This document shows positions 1 through 8,348 of a stretch of DNA of 29,930 bases, in pieces. The stretch is from NCBI GenBank assembly GCA_031366795.1, contig JANLOX010000020.1, positions 1-29,930 of the forward strand, read 5' to 3'. Position numbers and translations under genes: made by a program. Below the pieces are notes generated by a model, which saw only the letters and a list, made by a program, of their open reading frames with translations, was not told where the DNA came from and ran no database searches. This DNA comes from Candidatus Eiseniibacteriota bacterium (lineage in GTDB: Bacteria; Eisenbacteria; RBG-16-71-46). The first letter of the stretch is position 1. Each line of letters opens with the position of its first letter.

Positions 1-2
1 CG

Positions 3-3000
3 CTGCTCGGCAGTTGGACCAACGCGGGTGGTGTGCTGATCGCGATGAAGCCGGACGGTCAGCTCGCGAGCCTGCTGGGCCTGGCACCGGCCGGCGGCAC
101 GCTGGCGAATGCCTACATGCTGGTGAACACCGTGTCGGGACCAGGTGTCGGCATCGTCAACCAGACGATGCAGTACCACGGCGTCGCCGACCGCTACTCC
201 TTGAATGGCGCCAGCAGCGTCGCGACGCTGTACACCGATGCCAACACCGCCACGACCAATCCGGCCGTGTCGATGCGCACGGTGGGAGCGAGTGGCGGAC
301 AGGCGGTCGCGTGGACCTACGACCTGGCCCGCTCGATCGTCTATACCCGCCAGGGCAATCCGTCGTGGGTGGGGCAGAAGCGCGACGGCCAGATCGAGCC
401 GATCCGCTCGGACGACCTGTTTTTCGGCGCCGCCGCCGGCGATCCGCAGGCCGACTGGGTCGACCTCGGCAAGGTCGCCATCCCGCAGGCGGACGAACAG
501 CAGCGGCTGCTCGCCAACGTCATCACCAAGGGCATGCTGCACCGGAAGCCGATGCCGCGGTTCTGGTACCTGCCGAAGGGCCTGAAGGCCGCCATCGTCA
601 TGACGGGCGACAACCACAGCGACTCAGGGATGCAGCCGCGCTTCGACATCTACCGTTCGCAGAGCGCGGCGGAGTGTTCGCCGGACGACTGGGAGTGCGT
701 GCGTGCCACCGGCTACGAATACGTCGGCAACAACTTCACCGACGCGCAAGCCCAGTTCTACAACAGCCTCGGCTTCGAAGTATCGCTGCACGTCAACAGC
801 GGCTGCACACGCACGACGCCGGCCGAGTACGACGCCTATGTCACGAGCCAGGTCGCGAACTTCGTCTCGGTGTTGCCTGGCCTCCCCGCGCCGTTGACCA
901 ACCGCAACCACTGCATCGCCTGGAGCGACTGGAGCTCGGTGGCGGAAGTCGAGTCCGCGCACGGCATCCGTCTCGACACCAGCTACTACTACTGGCCGGG
1001 GTCGTGGGTGCAGAACCGCCCGGGCATGTTCACCGGTTCCGGCTTCCCGATGCGCTTCGCCAAGCTCGACGGCACCATGATCGATTGCTACCAGGCCGCG
1101 ACCCAGATGTCCGACGAGGCCGGTCAGGGTTACCCGCAGTTCTGCGACGTGATGCTTGACCGCGCCATCGGTGCGGAAGGCTACTACGGCGTGTTCACCG
1201 CCAACATGCACTTCGACGTTTCGCCCGAGCTGGAGTCGGACCAGGTCGTTGCCTCGGCGCAGGCGCACGGCATCCCGGTGATCTCGGCCAAGCAGCTGCT
1301 GACCTGGACGGACGGCCGCAACGGCTCGTCGTTCAACAATCTGGTGTGGAGTTCGAACGCCCTGAGCTTCTCAATCGCGGTGGCCGCGGGCTCGCGCAAC
1401 ATGCGCGGCATGCTGCCGTTGCTCTCGGCGATTGGGCCGCTGGGCACGCTCACGCGCAACGGTTCGCCGGTCAGTGTCACGACGCAGACGATCAAGGGTA
1501 TTGACTATGCGTTCTTCCCGGCCGACGCCGGCAATTACGTCGCGACCTACGTCGCGGACGTGACGCCGCCGGCGATCAGCAACGTGCAGGTCTCGCCCAA
1601 CATCGGCGGCACCGCCACCGTGACCTGGACGACGGACGAGAACTCCACCTCGAGCGTCGACTACGGCACCGTGGCCGGCTCGCTGGCCCTCAATGCCGGA
1701 AACGTGACCATGACGACGAGCCACAGCGTGGTGCTGAGCGGACTCTCGGCGAGCACCACCTACTACTTCCGCGTCACCTCGGCCGACGCCGCGCTCAACA
1801 GCGCGACGGTGACGGCGGCCCCGCTGTCCCCGCTGTCCTTCACCACGCCGTCGCCCTCCTGCTTCCTCGATGACCTGGCCACCGACTTCGCGGCCGGCAC
1901 GACGGGTGGCAGCACCACCGTGACGCTCGCCGCGAACGGCGAAGTGATCCTCAAGCCCGCGGCCTCGGCGGAATTCGCGACGCTGCCGCCGGTCGGGGAG
2001 TGGGACGACTTCCCCTGGAACGCGGGCGGGAGTGCCACGGTTTCGAACGGCCAGCTGTCCGTCGATGGCTCGCGTTACAACAGCGAACCGGCAGGCGCCA
2101 CGTTCGGCCCGGGCTCCTCGCTTGAATTCGTGGCGACGTTCGCCGCCGTGCCTTACCAGGCGATCGGCTTGGGCGCCGGCAACGACAACGCGCCGGATGT
2201 CATCTTCGACCTGCTGCCGTTCATGTCCTTCAGCAGCAACGGCACGGGCATGATCACCCGCGTGCTGCCGACGCCCAGCGGCACGCTGATCGACTATCCG
2301 CTGCCGATGAGCCTGCTCGGGGTTGCGCACCGCTATCGCATCGACTGGAAGGCCAATAGCGTCGACTTCTCGGTCGATGGCGCGCTGGTGCACAGCGAGA
2401 ACGTGACGATCGCGGACCCGATGCGCGCCGCGATCTCGGACTACACGCTGGGCGGTGCGAGTCTGTTGGTGGACTGGATTCATGTGACGCCGGTCGCCGC
2501 GAGCGGCACGTTCGCTTCGCGCGTCTTCGATGCCGGCGCCGCGACGCAGTGGAGCGCCATGCTGTGGACCGCGGATGTGCCGGCCGGCACCAGCCTCGCG
2601 ATGTCATGGCGCGCCGGTAGCACGGCGGTGCCCGATGGCAGCTGGACCTCGTTCGCCCCGGTCGCGGTCTCCGGCGGCAGCGCCTCGGTCATGGCGCGTT
2701 ACGTCCAGTACCAGGCCGTGCTCGCCACGACGGACAATCGCCAGACGCCGCTGCTGCAGGCCGTCGCCCTGACGTGCTGCTCGAACGCCTCGCCGCCCGC
2801 GGCGATGACCGACGTCACGGCGGTGCGGCAGACGGTCGACTCCAACGCCGATGGCACGCGCCGGGTGCTCGTCAGCTTCACGCCGCCCAGTGGCGCCACG
2901 TCGGTCGAGGTTTATCGCGCGCGCTTCGGCAACTACCCTTACTACGACAACGCGCCCAATGCCGGCTCGACGCCGGTGGCCCCGGGCTACCCGCCGAACG

Positions 3001-4133
3001 CGGTGGTGTGGACGCTGACGGGAATCACCGCCAGCGGCCAGACGGACGAAGTGGCGCAGCGCGACGAGTACTACTACGCCGCCTTCTCGAAGGATGGCTG
3101 CGGCAACGTCTCGGCCGTATCGAACCTCGCGGGCGGTGTGCTCAACTACCTGCTGGGCGACGTGCATGACGGCCAGCCGGGCCACGAGTGCACGGGCAAT
3201 AACATCGTCTACACCGAAGACATCAGCTACCTCGGCGCACACTACGGTGTGACGCTGGGTGCTTCGGATCCGCTGGGTTGCCTCGACGTGGGCCCGACGG
3301 TGACAGGGGCCGTGACGTCGCGTCCGCTAACCGATGGCCTGCTGAACTTCGAGGACCTGATGGTGCTGGCGCTCAACTTCAGCCCGACGCCGCAGGCGCT
3401 GACCGCCCCGCGCGTGAGCCCGCAGGCGCAGCAGGCAAAGCAGCCACAACAGCAGACGATCGCGCAGGACCGCCTGTGGATCGAGACGCCGCAGGCCGTC
3501 CAGGCAGGCGAGGTGTTCACGGTGCGCGTGCAGATGAATGGCTCGGGCACGGTCACCGGTGTCTCGGCGCAGCTGGCCTGGGATGCCAATGTCGCCCAGC
3601 CGATCGCGGTCGAGGCGGGGGACCTCGCGCAGACGCAGAACACGATGGTGTTGAGTGCCAGGGCCGGCAACGTCGATGCGGCGCGGCTCGGTGGCTCAGG
3701 CATCGCCGGTATCGGCACTCTGGCTGACGTGCGCTTCCGCGCCCTCGCAGCGGGCAACCCGGCCGTGCGCCTGGCGAGCAGCGTGGGACGCGATGCGGCG
3801 AACCAGAACGTGACCTTCGCGCAGCCGCTCGCCGTCGGTGGCCCGGCGCTGCCGTTGCGCACCGAGCTCGGCTTCGCGGCGCCCAACCCGTTCCGCTCGC
3901 GCCTCGGCGTGCAACTGGCAATCGCCCACACGCAGAACGTGCGGCTCACCGTCTATGACCTCGCGGGTCGCGCCGTGAAGACGCTCGTCGAGGGCGAGCA
4001 GGCGCCCGGCAGCCGGACGGTGATCTGGGATGGCCTCGACGCCGGCGGCCACTTTGCCGCGGCGGGTGTGTACATGCTCAAGCTCGACACCGCCGATATC
4101 CAGCAGACGCGGCGTGTCCAGCTCGTCCGTTAG
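3..4133 (+). CDS. Large secreted modular protein, 5'-truncated: NodB/polysaccharide-deacetylase-like barrel, FN3-like, concanavalin-like jelly roll, FN3-like, dockerin-like, cohesin-like, FlgD-Ig/T9SS-like C-terminal domain
   Basis: The frame is open from position 3 (LLGSWTNAGGVLIAMKPD), so the true start lies upstream of the window. Motifs: MTGDNH, LHVN and RNHCIAW (deacetylase-like); ATVTWTTDENSTSSVDYGT...TTYYFRVTS (FN3-like); HRYRIDW...FSVDG (jelly roll); YLLGDV...EDISYLGAHYG...DGLLNFEDLMVLALNF (dockerin-like); AGEVFTVRV...VSAQLAWD (cohesin-like); APNPF...VYDLAGRAVKTL...WDG...AGVYMLKL (CTD). Confidence 0.85.
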   Translation: MLGSWTNAGGVLIAMKPDGQLASLLGLAPAGGTLANAYMLVNTVSGPGVGIVNQTMQYHGVADRYSLNGASSVATLYTDANTATTNPAVSMRTVGASGGQAVAWTYDLARSIVYTRQGNPSWVGQKRDGQIEPIRSDDLFFGAAAGDPQADWVDLGKVAIPQADEQQRLLANVITKGMLHRKPMPRFWYLPKGLKAAIVMTGDNHSDSGMQPRFDIYRSQSAAECSPDDWECVRATGYEYVGNNFTDAQAQFYNSLGFEVSLHVNSGCTRTTPAEYDAYVTSQVANFVSVLPGLPAPLTNRNHCIAWSDWSSVAEVESAHGIRLDTSYYYWPGSWVQNRPGMFTGSGFPMRFAKLDGTMIDCYQAATQMSDEAGQGYPQFCDVMLDRAIGAEGYYGVFTANMHFDVSPELESDQVVASAQAHGIPVISAKQLLTWTDGRNGSSFNNLVWSSNALSFSIAVAAGSRNMRGMLPLLSAIGPLGTLTRNGSPVSVTTQTIKGIDYAFFPADAGNYVATYVADVTPPAISNVQVSPNIGGTATVTWTTDENSTSSVDYGTVAGSLALNAGNVTMTTSHSVVLSGLSASTTYYFRVTSADAALNSATVTAAPLSPLSFTTPSPSCFLDDLATDFAAGTTGGSTTVTLAANGEVILKPAASAEFATLPPVGEWDDFPWNAGGSATVSNGQLSVDGSRYNSEPAGATFGPGSSLEFVATFAAVPYQAIGLGAGNDNAPDVIFDLLPFMSFSSNGTGMITRVLPTPSGTLIDYPLPMSLLGVAHRYRIDWKANSVDFSVDGALVHSENVTIADPMRAAISDYTLGGASLLVDWIHVTPVAASGTFASRVFDAGAATQWSAMLWTADVPAGTSLAMSWRAGSTAVPDGSWTSFAPVAVSGGSASVMARYVQYQAVLATTDNRQTPLLQAVALTCCSNASPPAAMTDVTAVRQTVDSNADGTRRVLVSFTPPSGATSVEVYRARFGNYPYYDNAPNAGSTPVAPGYPPNAVVWTLTGITASGQTDEVAQRDEYYYAAFSKDGCGNVSAVSNLAGGVLNYLLGDVHDGQPGHECTGNNIVYTEDISYLGAHYGVTLGASDPLGCLDVGPTVTGAVTSRPLTDGLLNFEDLMVLALNFSPTPQALTAPRVSPQAQQAKQPQQQTIAQDRLWIETPQAVQAGEVFTVRVQMNGSGTVTGVSAQLAWDANVAQPIAVEAGDLAQTQNTMVLSARAGNVDAARLGGSGIAGIGTLADVRFRALAAGNPAVRLASSVGRDAANQNVTFAQPLAVGGPALPLRTELGFAAPNPFRSRLGVQLAIAHTQNVRLTVYDLAGRAVKTLVEGEQAPGSRTVIWDGLDAGGHFAAAGVYMLKLDTADIQQTRRVQLVR

Positions 4134-4186
4134 TGACATCCATGCTCAAACTCCCGGTTCACCCCAGGTACTCTTTGGAGGACTCG

Positions 4187-6925
4187 ATGCGTTCCCCCTC
4201 GGCGCTTCAGGCAGACATTGCCCGTCGCGCGCCCCTGAACGTTTTGTCGATTGCGCTGGCCTGCTGTGCCGCCTTCGCGGTTTCAGCCCAGGCCGCTCAA
4301 GCTCCGGCTGCCGTGCTGGCGAACCCGACCGTGGACGCCGGCTCGCCGGCGACGGTGTTGTCCCCGCTCGCCTCGAGCGCCGTGATCCTGCTGAGTGTGA
4401 CGCGCACGGCAAGCACTCCCATGGCCGGGGTGAGCATCACCTTCCAGTTGACCAACCTGACGTTCGGCAGCAGCGCGCTGGGCGGATTCCTGTCGGCGAC
4501 CGGCGCCAGCCCGAGCGGTGTGTTCGTCACCAACAACGGGGGCGGCTCCTACACGCTCGATGCCGCGACACTCGGCAGTCCGTGCGGCAGCGGAGCCCTG
4601 AGCGGGACCGTGTTCAACGTGACGGTCGGCACCGTGGCCACGAGTGGCGCGGGCAGTCTCGTCATTACCAGCGTGAAGTTGCGTGACTGCGCGAACGCCA
4701 CGATCCCGGCGACCATCGGCACCGCCGCGTCGGTTGCGATCGACTTCGTGGGACCCGCCATCTCGAGTTGCGCGCCCAACCAGAACGGTGCGGCGGGCGG
4801 CTCGTGCCAGGGTAGCGTGCCCGACTTCACCGCCTCACTCATCGCGACCGACGCCCATGGTCCCATCACCGTGACGCAGAACCCGCTCGCGGGCGCGAGC
4901 GTGCCGCTCGGCGTGACCAACATCACGCTGACCGCGAAGGACGCGCTCAACAACACCTCGAGCTGTATTGCCACGCTCATGGTCACCGACCAGAGCGCGC
5001 CGGCCGTGACCCTGACGAGCCCCAATGGCGGCGAGTCATGGATCGTCGGCTCCGCGCACACCATCAACTGGAACGCCTCCGACAACTGCACGCTGGCGAG
5101 CTTCGACCTGGCGCTGTCGACCGATGGGGGCAGCTCGTTTACCCCCATCGTCAGCAGCCAGCCTAGCGCTACGAGTTTCAATTGGACGGTACCGAATTCG
5201 CTCACCGCGCAGGCCAAGATTCGTGTCACGGTTCGCGATGCGGCGGGTAATCCGGCGAGCGACGCGAGTGATGCCTCGTTCACGATCCGCCCCTCGAATT
5301 TCGCCCCGGTGCTTACCCCGATCGGCAACAAGGTCATCAACGAACTGGTGCTGTTCCGTTACACCGCACTGGCGAGCGATCCGGATGCCGGCCAGACGCT
5401 GCAGTGGTCACTCGACGCGGGCGCGCCCACGGGCACCGCGATCGATGCGAACACGGGCGTGTTCACCTGGACGCCGACCGAGGCGCAGGGCCCCGGAGTG
5501 TATCCCGTGACGTTCCGCGTCACCGACAACGGTTCGCCGGTGTTGAGCACTTCGGAAACGATCAGCATCACGGTCAATGAAGTCGATCTCGCCGCGGTCA
5601 CGCTTGCCGCGGCTCCCGTGCTCACCGGCAACGACGCCGATGGCACGACGAAGATCCATTTGAGCTGGACGCCGCAGGGCGCCGGTTCGTCGGTCGCCCT
5701 CTACCGCCGCGGTTTCGGCGGCTACCCGGCCTACGATGATGCTGGCGGTGCCGAACCTGCCGCTCCGGCCGCCTATCCGCCGGCCGCGGGCTGGACACTC
5801 GCCGGCACGGTGAGCGGCGCGACGTTCGACGATGAACTGGCGTGGCCCGCGCGTGACGCGTGGTACTACGTCGCCTACGTCGTGGGCCCTGGCGCCAATG
5901 TGTCGCCGCCCTCGAACCGCACCGCGGGGACGCTCAACTACCTGCTCGGCGATGTGATGAACCCAAATCTCTCCGCGGCCAACGCCGGTCATGGCGACAA
6001 CGTCGTGAACCTCTCCGATATCTCGCTGCTCGGCGCCAACTATGGCCTGACCGGCGGCGCGGTCGCCGCGGTGGGCTACCTCGATGTCGGCCCCACGACG
6101 ACGGGCTTCATCAACGGGCGGCCGCTGACCGACCAAAGAATCGACTTCGAGGACCTGATGCTGTTCTCGATCAACTACACCTCGCCGCCGAGCCTCGTGA
6201 CCGCCGGAAGCGTGCGGTCGGCGAACCAGCCGCTGGCGACCGCGCCCGATCTCACCGATCACCTGTCGGTCGATGCGCCGGCGCTGGTGCACGCGGGCGA
6301 TACCTTCACCGTTCTCGTCCGCATGCAGGGCGCGGGCTCGGTGCAGGGCGTCTCGGCGCCACTGTCATGGGACAACGCGATCGCGCACCCCATCAATGCC
6401 GTAGCCGGGGCATGGCTGGCCGGGCAGAACGGCGTGCTGTTCTCGCCGCGCGCGGGCACTGTCGATGCGGCGCTGCTCGGCGTGCACGAGACCGGCATGA
6501 TCGGCATGGGCGTGCTGGCCGAGCTCACCTTCACCGCGGTGTCGACCGGGGATCCGCACGTGCGGATCGGCACGATCATCGCGCGGGATGGCGTCAACCG
6601 TCCGCTGAACCTGACGCCGCTGGCGGTGGGGAGCGGGGCGTTGCGCGGCTCCAGCATGCTGTGGGCGCCGGCGCCGAACCCGTTCCGCACGTCGGCCCAG
6701 TTCAGCGTCACGCTGGGCGCGGGCGGGCCGATGGATCTCGCGGTTTACGCGGTGGACGGACGCCGTGTTCGGGTACTCTCGAGTGGTGAACACGCTGCCG
6801 GCGAGTACCGGATGAGTTGGGATGGTCGCGGCGACGGGGCCCAAGACTTGAACGCCGGCGTGTACTTCGCGCGGCTCGAAACGCGGGGGGGCCGTTGGGT
6901 CCGCCCCGTCGCACTGCTCAAATAG
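4187..6925 (+). CDS. Secreted modular surface or scaffold protein: cohesin-like, HYR-like, 'SPNGGE' Ig-like, cadherin/He_PIG-like, FN3-like, dockerin-like, cohesin-like, FlgD-Ig/T9SS-like CTD
   Basis: GGAGG at 4177-4181 precedes ATG 4187. Signal-peptide-like N-terminus ending ...VSAQA. Motifs: ITLTAKDALNNTSSC (HYR-like); TLTSPNGGESW; APVLTPIGNK...ASDPD...TGVFTWTP...VTDNGSP (cadherin/He_PIG-like); C-terminal APNPF...WDGR...GVYFARL. No catalytic motif recognised. Confidence 0.85.
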   Translation: MRSPSALQADIARRAPLNVLSIALACCAAFAVSAQAAQAPAAVLANPTVDAGSPATVLSPLASSAVILLSVTRTASTPMAGVSITFQLTNLTFGSSALGGFLSATGASPSGVFVTNNGGGSYTLDAATLGSPCGSGALSGTVFNVTVGTVATSGAGSLVITSVKLRDCANATIPATIGTAASVAIDFVGPAISSCAPNQNGAAGGSCQGSVPDFTASLIATDAHGPITVTQNPLAGASVPLGVTNITLTAKDALNNTSSCIATLMVTDQSAPAVTLTSPNGGESWIVGSAHTINWNASDNCTLASFDLALSTDGGSSFTPIVSSQPSATSFNWTVPNSLTAQAKIRVTVRDAAGNPASDASDASFTIRPSNFAPVLTPIGNKVINELVLFRYTALASDPDAGQTLQWSLDAGAPTGTAIDANTGVFTWTPTEAQGPGVYPVTFRVTDNGSPVLSTSETISITVNEVDLAAVTLAAAPVLTGNDADGTTKIHLSWTPQGAGSSVALYRRGFGGYPAYDDAGGAEPAAPAAYPPAAGWTLAGTVSGATFDDELAWPARDAWYYVAYVVGPGANVSPPSNRTAGTLNYLLGDVMNPNLSAANAGHGDNVVNLSDISLLGANYGLTGGAVAAVGYLDVGPTTTGFINGRPLTDQRIDFEDLMLFSINYTSPPSLVTAGSVRSANQPLATAPDLTDHLSVDAPALVHAGDTFTVLVRMQGAGSVQGVSAPLSWDNAIAHPINAVAGAWLAGQNGVLFSPRAGTVDAALLGVHETGMIGMGVLAELTFTAVSTGDPHVRIGTIIARDGVNRPLNLTPLAVGSGALRGSSMLWAPAPNPFRTSAQFSVTLGAGGPMDLAVYAVDGRRVRVLSSGEHAAGEYRMSWDGRGDGAQDLNAGVYFARLETRGGRWVRPVALLK

Positions 6926-6936
6926 GGGGAATGCCG

Positions 6937-7764
6937 ATGCGTTTGTCAGGGTGGATAATCGCCGTTGCAATATTCGCGGGAGTCACGGCACTCGCCTCGG
7001 CCGGCATGGCGCACGCCACCGTCGCGCTCAAGCTGACCACGCCCATCAGTCCGGTGGCCGCCGGCGATACCATCATCATCCAGGCGGTGGTGGCTGCCGA
7101 GGACAGCACCGCTTTGTTCAACGCCTTCGACCTCGTCGTGCGCTTCGATCCGGCCCTGGTGACGTTCGTTCCCCAGGCACCGGTTGCCAGCCAGCTCGGC
7201 TCCCTGATCACGAACGCCTGCGGCAACGTGTTCCACGTATTCAATGCCGCTTCCGACTCGACGCTCGCGGACGTGAGCCTGCTGTGCAACCAGACCTTCG
7301 TCACAGGTCCCGGCACGATCTACCAATTGAAGTTCAAGTCGAACGGCACCACCGGCGGGGCGAAGTTCTCCGTCGGCCGTGGCACACGCTTCATCAGTGC
7401 CGGCGTCTATGTGACGCCGGTGCTGACCCAGGGTGTCTCGGTCGTGGTAGGAACCAGTGTGCTCGCCGTACCGGGTGCGAAGTCGCTGCCGCGCGACTAC
7501 ATTCTCGAAGCCCCGCGCCCGAATCCCTGGCGCGAGGGTGCTACAGCGCGCGTGAATTTCACATTGCCCCGTGCGGCCAGTGTGGAACTCGCGCTGTTCG
7601 ACATGCAGGGGCGCAAAGTCGCGGGGTTGGCGGTGGGGGATGTCCCTGTCGGAGCTTCGAGCGTGCGCTGGGACTCACCGGGATTGCCCGCCGGCCGCTA
7701 TGACTTGCGGTTGCGCGCGGACGGCCGCGTAGTCGCCCGGCAGGCGTGGGTGCTATTGCAATAA
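6937..7764 (+). CDS. Small secreted protein: signal peptide, cohesin-like domain and T9SS/FlgD-like CTD
   Basis: GGGGGA at 6925-6930 precedes ATG 6937 (alternative ATG 6931). Signal peptide ends ...MAHA. Cohesin-like pattern VAAGDTIII...FDLVVRFDPALVTFV...GPGTIYQLKF. CTD pattern PRPNPW...LFDMQGRKV...WD...AGRYDLRL. Confidence 0.8.
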   Translation: MRLSGWIIAVAIFAGVTALASAGMAHATVALKLTTPISPVAAGDTIIIQAVVAAEDSTALFNAFDLVVRFDPALVTFVPQAPVASQLGSLITNACGNVFHVFNAASDSTLADVSLLCNQTFVTGPGTIYQLKFKSNGTTGGAKFSVGRGTRFISAGVYVTPVLTQGVSVVVGTSVLAVPGAKSLPRDYILEAPRPNPWREGATARVNFTLPRAASVELALFDMQGRKVAGLAVGDVPVGASSVRWDSPGLPAGRYDLRLRADGRVVARQAWVLLQ

Positions 7765-8348
7765 CAGCAGTTGCGGTCCGCCGGGAAAAAGTCCTATCCG
7801 GGCGTGTGTAGTGGTGCTAATCTCCCGCTTGATTCAAAAAAGGCTGCGGCGGTCGGGGTGCCACTCTGACACTCTTCCCACTGCGGCGCGCAACGGCCCG
7901 GGGGATCACGTTTGGACCCAGTTGCTACTATTGTTTCGTTTCACAGCCGGACCCGACAGACCCCATACATCCCTGCCCACACATCCGCGGTGACTTTTAC
8001 GTTTGCCGCAATCGGGCCCGTTTGTGCCGCTCACGAGGCGCTGAAGTTCACGGTGCGCTCGAAGAGCCCAGCGCCCTGCATGGCGCCTGAGACGGAACCG
8101 TTCGGTGCACTCGCACCGAATCGCCTTCGCGTGCCTCACGCGAGAACTGTGTCCTTCCCCCGGTCGGCTGTTGCTTCCCGATCGTATCGACGCGCGTCGT
8201 GCTGCTCACTTGCGGTGATCGCGACACCCGCGTTTCGTACGATCGATGCACGCCCGGCCGGTATGGCACCCCCGAATCGGGTGCGCTGGCCGGGCGTGAG
8301 GCAGAAGTAGCTGCCGACCCCTTAAGCCTTGCGTGGTGCTCACCCGGC

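Noticed and set aside
14..1159. 381-aa alternative-frame ORF and the many similar Arg/Pro/Ala-rich overlapping ORFs across the window
   Set aside because: They are off-frame or antisense shadows of well-supported genes, with no motifs.
2328..2393. GH16 glycoside hydrolase domain in ORF1
   Set aside because: Only the C-terminal strand pattern matches; the catalytic ExDxxE motif is absent.
7765..8348. RNase P RNA, tmRNA or c-di-GMP riboswitch, and the short ORFs 7811-7993, 7912-8310 and 8048-8548
   Set aside because: Only fragmentary resemblance (GAAAAAGTCC, ACGCAAGGC) without the required neighbouring motifs. The ORFs lack RBSs, typical codon bias and recognisable domains.
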